A program made the position numbers and the translations under genes. Shown piece after piece: positions 22,262-30,956 of a DNA stretch of 44,295 nucleotides. The DNA comes from a virus, in IMG/VR virus record IMGVR_UViG_3300034141_000024, positions 1-44,295 of that record; one strand, given 5' to 3'. Numbering within the stretch: position 1 is the stretch's first letter; every line of letters starts with the position of its first letter. Below the pieces are notes generated by a model. That model was not told the DNA's origin and searched no databases. It worked only from the letters and a program-made list of their open reading frames with translations.

Positions 22262-22455
22262 TGGCACGCGCATGGACAAACGGTGGGCCGATCCGCAGGG
22301 CAAAAGTGTGGCTCGATGGCAAGGAAATGAAGTGGCTTACGCTAGCCGATGAAGAATTGGGAGTTGTGCGCCAGCACGTCGGTTTCAGCAAGCGCACTGG
22401 CAGGCTGCATTTCCGTCGCATCCGTGGCGTTGTGCGCATCGAGCCGCTACCGTGA
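22261..22455 (+). CDS. hypothetical protein between TerS and TerL
   Basis: TGATG overlap upstream and GTGA overlap downstream. Confidence 0.5.
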   Translation: MARAWTNGGPIRRAKVWLDGKEMKWLTLADEELGVVRQHVGFSKRTGRLHFRRIRGVVRIEPLP

Positions 22456-24191
22456 GCGCGCTACCCAAATGGTCAACCGCCTGCACTGACTGGCGGCAAC
22501 GCATCGTCAAGCGGGGCAAGATCGAAAACCTCGCCATCGCACAAGAGAAAGGGATTCGCTCGCGCGAGTCCCTTATTCCATTCGCGCCGCTGTTCCCGGA
22601 GAACGCCGAGGAAGGGTTGCAGGTATTCGATGCGCTGCGGATGGTCGACGCGGCGAATCAGCCGACGATGGGCGAAGTGTCGTTGCCCTGGATTCGTGAG
22701 TTCGTCGCACACATTTTCGGTAGCTACGAGAACGACACGGGTGTTCGCCACATCAGCGAATACTTCATGCTCATCAGCAAGAAAAACGGCAAGTCGACCG
22801 ACGCTGCCGCGATCATGCTGACTGCGCTCATCCTCAACTGGCGCCACGAAGCCGAGTACATCATTCTCTCGCCGACGATCGAGGTCGCGAAAAACTCGTT
22901 TGAGCCTGCCGCAGCGATGGTGCGTGCAGACCCCGAGCTGAGCGAGCTGCTGCACGTCCAGGACCACATTCGCACGATCACGCATCGCCACACGGGCGCA
23001 ACGCTCAAGGTCGTGGCGGCGGCGAACGAAACGGTGTCGGGCAAGAAAGCGGCCGGAGTGCTGATCGACGAGCTGTGGCTGTTCGGCAAGATGCCCAACG
23101 CGGCCACCATGATCCGAGAGGCCACAGGCGGGCTTGCAGCGCGTCCCGAGGGCTTCATCATCTACCTGACCACGCAGAGCAACGAGCCGCCCGCAGGCGT
23201 GTTCAAGAGCAAACTGGACTATGCGCGCAACGTGCGCGACGGCGTGATCCAGGACAACCGTTTTCTGTCGGTCATCTTTGAGTTCCCGGAAGCGATGTTG
23301 GAGGCCGGCGAACACCGCGATCCGGCCAATTTCTACGTCACAAACCCCAACATGGGGCTATCGGTCAGCGAGACGTACCTGATACGCGAGTACGAGAAAG
23401 CGCAGATCGCGGGCGAAGATGATGTGCGCGATTTCCTCGCAAAGCACCTGAATGTCGAGATTGGCCTGAACCTGCGTGCCGATCGCTGGCCGGGCGCAGA
23501 GTATTGGGAACCGGCCCGAACCGAGTTGCCTTTCGATTTGACCGACATACTGAACAACTGCGAAGTCGTTACAGTCGGCATCGACGGCGGTGGGTTGGAC
23601 GACCTGTTGGGCTTGGCCGTGTGCGGTCGACACGCGAAAACGAAGGAATGGTACGTGTGGAATCGCGCTTGGGCGCATCCCAGCGTGCTATCGCGACGCA
23701 AGGACATCGCAACGAAACTGCAAGACTTCGCGAAGCGCGATCAGGTGCGTTTGGTCGACCAAATCGGCGTCGACACCGACGAACTCGCCGACATCGTTTC
23801 GCAGATCAACGAAGCGGGTTTGCTATTCCAGGTCGGGTGCGATCCGGCCGGGATCGGTGCCATTTTGGATGCCATCTTGTCAAGAGGGGTCGATGAGGAC
23901 AAACTAGTCTCCGTAACCCAGGGGTGGCGACTGGCCGGCGCCATCAAGACGACCGAGCGCAAGCTTGCGGAAGGCGTCATCAAGCACCCCGGCATGGAAC
24001 TGATGGCATGGTGCGTTGGCAATGCGAAGGTTAAGCTCGCGGGCAACGCACTAGTCATCACCAAACAAGTCAGCGGTAGTGCAAAGATCGACCCGCTGAT
24101 GGCGACGTTCAATGCGGTGCAACTGATGTCCCTTAACCCCGAAGCGCAGAACGAAGGTTATAACTTCTCGCGCGTTCTCATCGCAGGCTGA
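22452..24191 (+). CDS. terL: Terminase large subunit
   Basis: 579 aa. ATPase P-loop-like SKKNGKST, followed by LIDELW (Walker B-like) and a C-terminal nuclease-like VGIDGGGLDD. Its position before the portal gene agrees. Confidence 0.85.
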   Translation: MSALPKWSTACTDWRQRIVKRGKIENLAIAQEKGIRSRESLIPFAPLFPENAEEGLQVFDALRMVDAANQPTMGEVSLPWIREFVAHIFGSYENDTGVRHISEYFMLISKKNGKSTDAAAIMLTALILNWRHEAEYIILSPTIEVAKNSFEPAAAMVRADPELSELLHVQDHIRTITHRHTGATLKVVAAANETVSGKKAAGVLIDELWLFGKMPNAATMIREATGGLAARPEGFIIYLTTQSNEPPAGVFKSKLDYARNVRDGVIQDNRFLSVIFEFPEAMLEAGEHRDPANFYVTNPNMGLSVSETYLIREYEKAQIAGEDDVRDFLAKHLNVEIGLNLRADRWPGAEYWEPARTELPFDLTDILNNCEVVTVGIDGGGLDDLLGLAVCGRHAKTKEWYVWNRAWAHPSVLSRRKDIATKLQDFAKRDQVRLVDQIGVDTDELADIVSQINEAGLLFQVGCDPAGIGAILDAILSRGVDEDKLVSVTQGWRLAGAIKTTERKLAEGVIKHPGMELMAWCVGNAKVKLAGNALVITKQVSGSAKIDPLMATFNAVQLMSLNPEAQNEGYNFSRVLIAG

Positions 24192-24195
24192 CCAC

Positions 24196-25419
24196 ATGAG
24201 CATTTGGAGTCTGATTCGCGGCGGGTGGCGGACGCACGGCCCCAACGCCGTCATCGCCGCAGGCTTCGACAGCCGCGACAGCGATAGCGACATCACAGTG
24301 ACGCGAGAACTCGCACTGCGCCTTTCAGCGGTGCACGCGTGCTTGAGCATCCGCGCTGAGACGATCGGCACGCTGCCGATCCACATCCGCGACAAGGACA
24401 AGAAAGTCCTGACCGATCACCCGCTCTACAACGTGCTGCACAACTCGCCGAACGCGATGCAGACGCCGATCGAGTTCAAGTCGCTAAGCACTGCGGCCGT
24501 GGACATGGACGGCAATCATTTCAGCCGCGTCGTGCGTCGTGAGAGCGACCGCAAGGTGATCGCGCTGGAGCCATTCGACGATGCGCAACACATGAGCATC
24601 GAGCCGGCGCGCGTCGGCTGGCGCTACAAGTACGGCGACGACTACTACGCCCCGGAAGACATCCTGCACTTCAAGGGTTTTTCCACGAACCGCCACATGG
24701 GGTTGCCGCGCATCGAGCTGGGTCGGCACATCCTGGCTGCGCAGTTGTCGGCCAACAAGGCGGCGCTCTCGTCGTTCCAACAGAGCATGAAGGTCGGCGG
24801 GTTCTTTGAAGTCGATCGCAACATGACGGACGCCGAGTACGCGCAGTGGGAGCGCATCTTGGAGCGTTACGCGCGCCCCGAGAACAACGGCAAGATGATG
24901 ACGCTGTTGCGGGGTTTGAAGCCCATCAGCGGCGCCCCGTTCCGCCTTTCGCCGAACGACACGCAGCTACTTGCGTCGCGCGGTTTCGGCATCGAGGAAA
25001 TTTGCCGCCTGTTCAACGTGCCGCCGCAGTTGATCCACCAAACCGACAAGGCATCGTCGTGGGCGAGCAGCATCGAAAACATCAACCTGTTCTTTGTCTG
25101 CTATTCGATCATGCCGACGATCGTGCGCATGGAGCAGCGGTTGGAAAAGACGCTGCTGTCGGCGGTCGATCGCGGCAAGGGCATCGAAATTCGCTTCTCG
25201 CTACAAGGCTTGATGCGTGGTGACATGAAGACGCGCATGCAGTTCTACGCGTCGGCGCTGCAAAACGGCTGGATGAGCCGCAACGAGGTTCGCGACCTGG
25301 AAGAACGGGGCGAAATCGAGGGTGGCGACGAGTACACTGTCCAAACGAACATGACGGCCGTGGCTAACACGGGCGAGGGAGGTAAAGATGAAGCTCAAGA
25401 CGCTAACGCGGCCGTTTGA
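24196..25419 (+). CDS. Portal protein (HK97 family)
   Basis: 407 aa with gene order TerL-portal-protease-capsid. The overall sequence pattern (for example FNVPPQLI, MQFYASALQNGWMSRNEVR) is typical of HK97-type portals. Confidence 0.8.
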   Translation: MSIWSLIRGGWRTHGPNAVIAAGFDSRDSDSDITVTRELALRLSAVHACLSIRAETIGTLPIHIRDKDKKVLTDHPLYNVLHNSPNAMQTPIEFKSLSTAAVDMDGNHFSRVVRRESDRKVIALEPFDDAQHMSIEPARVGWRYKYGDDYYAPEDILHFKGFSTNRHMGLPRIELGRHILAAQLSANKAALSSFQQSMKVGGFFEVDRNMTDAEYAQWERILERYARPENNGKMMTLLRGLKPISGAPFRLSPNDTQLLASRGFGIEEICRLFNVPPQLIHQTDKASSWASSIENINLFFVCYSIMPTIVRMEQRLEKTLLSAVDRGKGIEIRFSLQGLMRGDMKTRMQFYASALQNGWMSRNEVRDLEERGEIEGGDEYTVQTNMTAVANTGEGGKDEAQDANAAV

Positions 25420-26038
25420 AGTCAAGTCGGTTGCGGCGGACGGCACGTTCACGGGCTACGGCTCCACATTCGGCGACGTGGACTACGGCCGCGACGTGGT
25501 GATGCGCGGTGCGTTCGCAAAGTCGCTGGAATCGCACGCAGCAAAGAACCGTCCGGTCCCGATGTTGTGGCAACACAAGTGGGATCAGCCGATCGGCGTG
25601 TATACGACCATCAAGGAAGACGACAAGGGTCTGTACGTCGAGGGCGAAATCAACATGAAGGTGCAGCAGGGCGTCGAAGCCCACGCCCTCATGGAGCAAC
25701 GCGCGCTCAGCGGTCTGTCGATCGGCTACAGCACGATCCGCGACGAGTGGGACGAGCGTGCGATGGTTCGCAAGCTGTTTGAAGTCGAATTGTTTGAAGT
25801 GTCCCCGGTCACGTTCCCCATGAACGACAACGGGCGCATCGAAACCGTCAAGTCCCTTGCGGACTTGCACACCATTTCGGATATCGAAGACTTCCTGCGT
25901 GATGCCGGCAGTTTGTCGCGGTCCGAAGCAAAGGGCGTCATTGCCCGCATGAAGGCTGTCACGGGTCAGCGCGAGGCTGACGGCGAGGCGGCTGCGATCC
26001 AACGTGCCATCGAAAGCATCCGCAACATCCATTTCTAA
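25388..26038 (+). CDS. Prohead maturation protease (HK97 family, S78/U35)
   Basis: GGAGG SD. FTGYGSTFGDVDYGRDVVMRGAF...PMLWQHKWDQPIG...GLSIGY matches the HK97 protease family pattern. Confidence 0.85.
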   Translation: MKLKTLTRPFEVKSVAADGTFTGYGSTFGDVDYGRDVVMRGAFAKSLESHAAKNRPVPMLWQHKWDQPIGVYTTIKEDDKGLYVEGEINMKVQQGVEAHALMEQRALSGLSIGYSTIRDEWDERAMVRKLFEVELFEVSPVTFPMNDNGRIETVKSLADLHTISDIEDFLRDAGSLSRSEAKGVIARMKAVTGQREADGEAAAIQRAIESIRNIHF

Positions 26039-26050
26039 GAGGATTCAAAA

Positions 26051-27448
26051 ATGTTCGGCATCAATCCGAAGCTTTCCCGTATCACCGTCGCGCTCATCGC
26101 CGTGGCGGCACTCGTTTCCACCATCCTGACCGGCAATGCGATGCCGCTCGCGATCGGCGCGGTCATGCTGATGGCGCGCGATCCGTCGCGTTCGTTCGGC
26201 ATGACCCTGGCCGATGGCAACCTCGCCGAAGCCCTGGAAAACGCCGTCAAGGACTTCCGCCAGAAGTCCGAGAAGTTCGGCACCATCAGCGGTGAACTCG
26301 CCGAAATCCGCAAGGAGCTGGAAGCGAAGGAAGCCAAGCACGATACGTCGCTCAAGAGCATCCGTGAAATCGCCGACAGCGCGCTGACGCAGTTCAACGG
26401 CTTGAAGACTGAGCTGGAATCGCTGGAGCAAAAGCTTGCGCAGGGCGTGCAGGATCAGCAGGCCAGCGCGAAGACCTGGGGCGAGCAGTTCGTCAACGCC
26501 GACAGCTACAAGTCCAAGTCCGAGTCGTACAAGGGCACGCTCGGCAATCAGCGTTCGCTGGTGATGTCGGCGAACGTCAAGCAGGTGACGTCGGCGGCTG
26601 CCGGTGGCCTCATCCGTTCGGTTCGCGAAGCCGACATCGTGCAGCTCCAGCGCGAGCGCCCGGTCGTGCGTGATCTGCTGCGCACCGTGCCGATCGCCAC
26701 GTCGAGCGTCGACTACGCCGTGCAGACCACGCGCACCAACAACGCGGCGCCGGTCGCCGAAGGTGCGTCGAAGCCGTACAGCGACTACGCGTGGGGTTCC
26801 GCCACGGCGGTCGTGCGCACGCTCGCCCACCTCGCCAAGATCACCCGTCAGGCGATGGACGATGCGCCGCGCCTGATCGGCGAAATCGACAGCGAAATGC
26901 GCTACGGCCTGGGCTTCGTCGAGGAACGCCAGTTCCTTTACGGCACGGGCGTGGGTCAGAACCTCCACGGCATCATGCCGCAGGCGACGGCGTTTGCGGT
27001 TCCGGGTGGTTTCCCGGCGATGACGAACGGCACCAACGTGGACGTGCTGCGCATCGCGATGCTACAGGCGTCGCTGGGCCTGCTGCCGGCCGATGGCATC
27101 GTCATGAACGCGCTCGATTGGGCGATGATCGAACTCCAGAAGACCGACGACGGCGCGTACCTGTTCGCCAATCCGCAGGGCACCGTGGATCAGCGTCTCT
27201 GGGGCCTGCGCGTCATCGCGACCCCGGCCATGACGGCGGGCGACTTCCTGGTCGGCAACTTCGCCTTGGGCGCAACCGTGTACGACCGCATGGGCGTCGA
27301 AGTTCTCATCAGCACCGAGAACGTCGATGACTTCGAGCGCAACCTCGCCACCATGCGTGCCGAGGAACGCGTCGCGATCGCCGTCAAGCGCCCGCAGGCG
27401 TTCATCAAGGGCACGTTCTCGACCGCCCTGACGGACGTGAAGGCGTAA
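26051..27448 (+). CDS. Major capsid protein (HK97 fold) with an N-terminal coiled-coil delta domain
   Basis: 465 aa directly after the protease. It has an N-terminal coiled-coil scaffold-like segment, then a typical HK97-family core (for example FLYGTGVGQNLHGI, LVGNFALGATVYDR). Confidence 0.85.
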   Translation: MFGINPKLSRITVALIAVAALVSTILTGNAMPLAIGAVMLMARDPSRSFGMTLADGNLAEALENAVKDFRQKSEKFGTISGELAEIRKELEAKEAKHDTSLKSIREIADSALTQFNGLKTELESLEQKLAQGVQDQQASAKTWGEQFVNADSYKSKSESYKGTLGNQRSLVMSANVKQVTSAAAGGLIRSVREADIVQLQRERPVVRDLLRTVPIATSSVDYAVQTTRTNNAAPVAEGASKPYSDYAWGSATAVVRTLAHLAKITRQAMDDAPRLIGEIDSEMRYGLGFVEERQFLYGTGVGQNLHGIMPQATAFAVPGGFPAMTNGTNVDVLRIAMLQASLGLLPADGIVMNALDWAMIELQKTDDGAYLFANPQGTVDQRLWGLRVIATPAMTAGDFLVGNFALGATVYDRMGVEVLISTENVDDFERNLATMRAEERVAIAVKRPQAFIKGTFSTALTDVKA

Positions 27449-27456
27449 GCTGAAAA

Positions 27457-27485
27457 CGGGGCGGTGTAACAGCCGCCCCGTTGTT
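27457..27485 (+). terminator. Hairpin after the capsid gene (possible partial terminator or mRNA stabiliser)
   Basis: Stem cggggcgg / ccgccccg with an 8-nt loop, then ttgtt. The T-tract is weak. Confidence 0.4.
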
Positions 27486-27514
27486 ACAAAACCCCTCACT
27501 ACCGGAGTACCGCA

Positions 27515-27820
27515 ATGAAGATTCAGCTTCTCACTGCCGCGATCGTTGGCGGCAATCAGAACCCGCAGGCTGCGAATTGGGTCGGCGAAGTCGACGACTC
27601 CGAGGCCGAGGCGCTGATCGCGTCGGGCTACGCGAAGAAGACGAACGCGAAGGCGACGAGCGAAGGTGAAGCCCTGGGCGCGCTCAACGACAACACGCGC
27701 CTGCCGGCCGGCACTGTCGACAGCCAGGGCAACGCGATCACCAACGCCAACGACAACGCTGCCGCGAACACCGAGGCCAACCGGGCCGGTGCGAAGGGCA
27801 AGCCGACCGAGCAGAAGTAA
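27515..27820 (+). CDS. hypothetical head-region protein (Ala/Asn-rich)
   Basis: GGAG SD. Lies between the capsid and connector genes. Confidence 0.6.
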   Translation: MKIQLLTAAIVGGNQNPQAANWVGEVDDSEAEALIASGYAKKTNAKATSEGEALGALNDNTRLPAGTVDSQGNAITNANDNAAANTEANRAGAKGKPTEQK

Positions 27821-27826
27821 GCCGCC

Positions 27827-28315
27827 ATGAGCATCATTCCGATCGAGCGTGCGAAAGAACACCTGCGTGTTGACGGCAACACCGAAAACGCGATCATCGC
27901 CGTATACATCGAGGCCGCAGAAAGCGCGGTGTCCTCGTACGTCAATCGGAAGCTCTTTGCCACTGCCGACGCACTCGCTGCGGCAGTGGCACTTATTCCC
28001 GCAGCGATGGTGCAGGCGTACAGCGACTATGACGTCGCGCGCATTGCTGCTGACAACATCGCGCATCCCGGAGTCCGCGATCAGGCGCGCATAGCTGCGA
28101 TTCGTCAGCTCGACGCGACGCTCGCCGACGCGCGACAGACGCGCAACGGGATCGTGGTCAACGAGACGGACAGCCATACCGTGCTGTTCGCTGCGATACT
28201 GGTCACGCTGGGCGTGATCTACAACAACCGCGACACTCCGAATGGTGTTGGTCCCGAGCTGCCGGAAAATGCGCGCTGGCTTGCCAATCCCCATCGCATC
28301 TTTGCGGGTGCCTGA
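27827..28315 (+). CDS. Head-tail connector (gp6-like / Phage_connect_1)
   Basis: IPIERAKEHLRVDGNTENAIIAVYIEAAESAVSSYVNR is the typical N-terminal signature. Confidence 0.7.
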   Translation: MSIIPIERAKEHLRVDGNTENAIIAVYIEAAESAVSSYVNRKLFATADALAAAVALIPAAMVQAYSDYDVARIAADNIAHPGVRDQARIAAIRQLDATLADARQTRNGIVVNETDSHTVLFAAILVTLGVIYNNRDTPNGVGPELPENARWLANPHRIFAGA

Positions 28316-28665
28316 TGAACGCCGCCGACCTCAACCGCCGCATCCGCATCAGCAAGCGCGAGTCGTCGAGCGACGCGCTGAACGAGCCCGTGGATACGTG
28401 GGTGCCGCACATGGACCTGTGGGCGATGATCCGGGGCTCTGGCGGTATGGGCGTGATCCGAGGCGGCGCGCAGGGCGTGGACGTTGACATCACCGCCTAC
28501 AGCTTCCGCGTGCGCTATCAGCGCCCCGGTGTGATCGACGCCGGCATGCGAGTGGAATTGCTCGACGAGCCCGGTCGGTACTTTAACATCACGACGGTGC
28601 GCCACGATCTTGCCGGCCATATCTGGACCGACATCGTGACGTCGGTGGGTGGCAACGATGGCTGA
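28315..28665 (+). CDS. Head closure / head-tail joining protein (SPP1 gp16-like)
   Basis: LNRRIRI...W...WAMI...YSFRVRY...FNITTV pattern. Gene order agrees. Confidence 0.65.
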   Translation: MNAADLNRRIRISKRESSSDALNEPVDTWVPHMDLWAMIRGSGGMGVIRGGAQGVDVDITAYSFRVRYQRPGVIDAGMRVELLDEPGRYFNITTVRHDLAGHIWTDIVTSVGGNDG

Positions 28666-29185
28666 GGTCTTTAAGGGCAAGATGGACGTCAGCGGCGGGT
28701 TGGCGGGTCTGGAGCATCTGCGCGGCGCGCTTAGGGAATCCCTTGCGCGCCGCATGCTTGTGAGCGGCGGCCAAATCCTGCGCGACGAAGCGCAACGCCG
28801 TGTGCCCGACAAGTTCAAAGGCGAGTACAACGAGACGTCGCGTGGCTCACACGCCAGCGGCACGCTCAAGAATGCGATCTATCTCGCCTACAACGATCGG
28901 CTGTCGACGACCGTGCAGTTCACCTACAGCGTTTCGTGGAATGCGCAAAAGGCGTGGTGGGGCAAGCTAATCGAGTTCGGTCACTTCATCCGTTATGCGT
29001 GGTTCGTCGATGAAAAAGGCGTCTACCACACGATCAAAACCAAACCGTTGAAAGCTCCCATCTGGATCAACGCGACACCGTTCCTCGCGCCCGCGTACGA
29101 TGCGCGCATCCAGGACGTGCGCCGCGCCATGATCGACCGGGGTCGGCAGGAATTGCCGCAACTGCTGCGCGAGGCGAAGCCGTGA
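28658..29185 (+). CDS. HK97 gp10-like tail-completion/neck protein
   Basis: The ATG at 28658 overlaps the upstream stop. GLEHLRGALRESLARRMLVSGGQILRDEAQRRVP...SGTLKNAI. Confidence 0.6.
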   Translation: MAEVFKGKMDVSGGLAGLEHLRGALRESLARRMLVSGGQILRDEAQRRVPDKFKGEYNETSRGSHASGTLKNAIYLAYNDRLSTTVQFTYSVSWNAQKAWWGKLIEFGHFIRYAWFVDEKGVYHTIKTKPLKAPIWINATPFLAPAYDARIQDVRRAMIDRGRQELPQLLREAKP

Positions 29186-29547
29186 ACATCAAGCAAGAAC
29201 TGACCACGCTGTTGCAGAACGCGACCGGGCTCAAGGTGTATTGGGCGACCACGCCAGCCGGGTTCGTGGCGCCGCCTGCCGGGTTCCTGATCGGGCAGGG
29301 CATGGGTGGCGAGCGCGAGTGGTATGTTGACCGCGACACCCCCAAGAGCCACGACCATGCGCGAGTGCAAATCCGCAGTTACGCGAAGTCCCGTGTGGCG
29401 TGTGATGCTCTCGCGGCTCAAGTCGAGGATGCGATTCGACTCAGCACGCTCATCGCAAACCCGTACGGCGCTCCGGTCGACGACTACGAAGACGCGCTAG
29501 GCATGCACGTTTCGACGCAGCAATTCGGCTTCCAGGTTCCAAAGTAA
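29182..29547 (+). CDS. Tail terminator-like protein (DUF3168-like)
   Basis: GTGA coupling. The sequence pattern and the position immediately before the tail tube gene agree. Confidence 0.5.
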   Translation: MNIKQELTTLLQNATGLKVYWATTPAGFVAPPAGFLIGQGMGGEREWYVDRDTPKSHDHARVQIRSYAKSRVACDALAAQVEDAIRLSTLIANPYGAPVDDYEDALGMHVSTQQFGFQVPK

Positions 29548-29625
29548 CGGACGGGCGACGTAGCGGTACAATGAGCCACCCACTGCCCGTGTGCGGTGGC
29601 ATCCATAAACCGAAGGAGAGTCATC

Positions 29626-30279
29626 ATGGGTTCCCGTTTCATCAACGGTGCAAAGTACGCCGTATCGACCTCGCTGGGTGCCGCCGTTGCTGTCACGGCG
29701 CTCACCAATGCGGACCCCGCAGTTGCCACCACTGCCACGCCGCCCGCCGATGGCGCCGTCGTGCTTCTCGCGTCGGGCTGGACCGAGCTGAACGAGTCTG
29801 TCGTTCGCGCGGACTCGCCGACCGCCAACAGCTTCGCGCTGGAAGGCTTCGACGCTTCCGATGCCGTGCGCTTCCCGGCAGGTGAAGGCATCGGCGCGTA
29901 CCGCACGGTGGGTGGTTTCGTTACGCTGTCGCAGGTTCGCGATGTCGCGACCGAGGGTGGCGATCAGAACTACTTTACCTACCAGTACGTCGAAGACCAG
30001 GGCGGTCGCCAGCGTCAGAAGCCGACGTTCAAGTCGCCGATGACCACGACCATTACGCTCGACTACGATCCGAATCTGCCGTGGTACGACACCATGCGCG
30101 AACTCGATCGTACGAAAAACGTGGTGGTGCTGCGCGAGACGCTTCCGAACGGCGACGTGATCTACTACGTCGGCGCCCTGTCGTTCAACGGCGTGCCGTC
30201 GAAGTCGATCAACGAGAACATGACCGTCACCGCGACGTTCTCGCTCCAGGCCGACCCGATCCGCTACGCCGCTGCGTAA
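29626..30279 (+). CDS. Major tail (tube) protein
   Basis: ATG at 29626 after AGGAGA. 217 aa and beta-rich. Lies directly upstream of the G/G-T chaperone pair. Confidence 0.7.
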   Translation: MGSRFINGAKYAVSTSLGAAVAVTALTNADPAVATTATPPADGAVVLLASGWTELNESVVRADSPTANSFALEGFDASDAVRFPAGEGIGAYRTVGGFVTLSQVRDVATEGGDQNYFTYQYVEDQGGRQRQKPTFKSPMTTTITLDYDPNLPWYDTMRELDRTKNVVVLRETLPNGDVIYYVGALSFNGVPSKSINENMTVTATFSLQADPIRYAAA

Positions 30280-30306
30280 TCCACCCCTCAGCCAGAGACA
30301 CCCACC

Positions 30307-30609
30307 ATGCTGACCCGTGCAATCAAACCGACGATCCCCGCCACGCTCACCGTCAAGGGGCAAGGTGCTGATCCGATCAAGTTCAACGTCAACTTCCACA
30401 ATCGCAAGTCGTCCGAGGTCGAGGCCATCTTTGCCGATGGCGACAAGACGGTTGCTGACGTTGTGCTGTTCCTCATCGAGTCGTGGGAGAGCGAGTACCC
30501 GCTGACGACCGAGGGCATCCGTGAAATGGAAGACGACCGACCGGGTATGGCGAACGCCATTCTCTCGGCGTACGGCGAAGCGCGGCAGGTGGCGAAGGAA
30601 AAAAACTGA
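30307..30609 (+). CDS. Tail assembly chaperone (lambda gpG analogue)
   Basis: 100-aa ORF before the tape measure gene. It ends just after the slippery heptamer. Confidence 0.75.
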   Translation: MLTRAIKPTIPATLTVKGQGADPIKFNVNFHNRKSSEVEAIFADGDKTVADVVLFLIESWESEYPLTTEGIREMEDDRPGMANAILSAYGEARQVAKEKN

Positions 30610-30920
30610 GAGAGTCGGTCGACGCGCTGTACTGGCGTCGACCGACTGCTGCGGACCTCATCAACACTAAATGGTACAAGCCCGAAGACTTCCCGGAACC
30701 TGTTGTAGAAGTGTGGGATGAACACTGGAAGTCGCTTAAAGTGTTCTCGACGTTTTCAACGCAGTGGAGAGTTGGAATGGCAGGGCCGTACGCTCTCGAC
30801 TACAACGTGATCCAGCATGGTCTTGATCGGCTGGGAGTTGTGGGCGAGGAATACGATCAGGTCATGGCGGACTTGGGCATCATCGAGTCGCAGGCGCTTT
30901 ACAACATCAACAAAAAGTGA
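30307..30920 (+). CDS. Tail assembly chaperone G-T fusion, made by a -1 programmed frameshift
   Basis: The -1 frame is open from the slippery site to 30920. The downstream part (WDEHWKSLKVFSTFSTQWRVGMAGPYALDYNVI...IIESQAL) looks like lambda gpT/DUF1799. Confidence 0.7.
30600..30606 (+). other. Slippery heptamer A_AAA_AAC for the -1 frameshift
   Basis: The zero frame reads ...GAA AAA AAC TGA. After slippage it reads ...GGA AAA AAA CTG AGA GAG... Confidence 0.7.
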
Positions 30921-30944
30921 CCCCGCTACGGCGGGGTTTACTTT
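30921..30944 (+). terminator. Hairpin plus T-rich tract between the chaperone and tape measure genes (attenuator-like)
   Basis: ccccgc tacg gcgggg followed by tttacttt. Confidence 0.45.
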
Positions 30945-30956
30945 GGAGAAAGGGAA

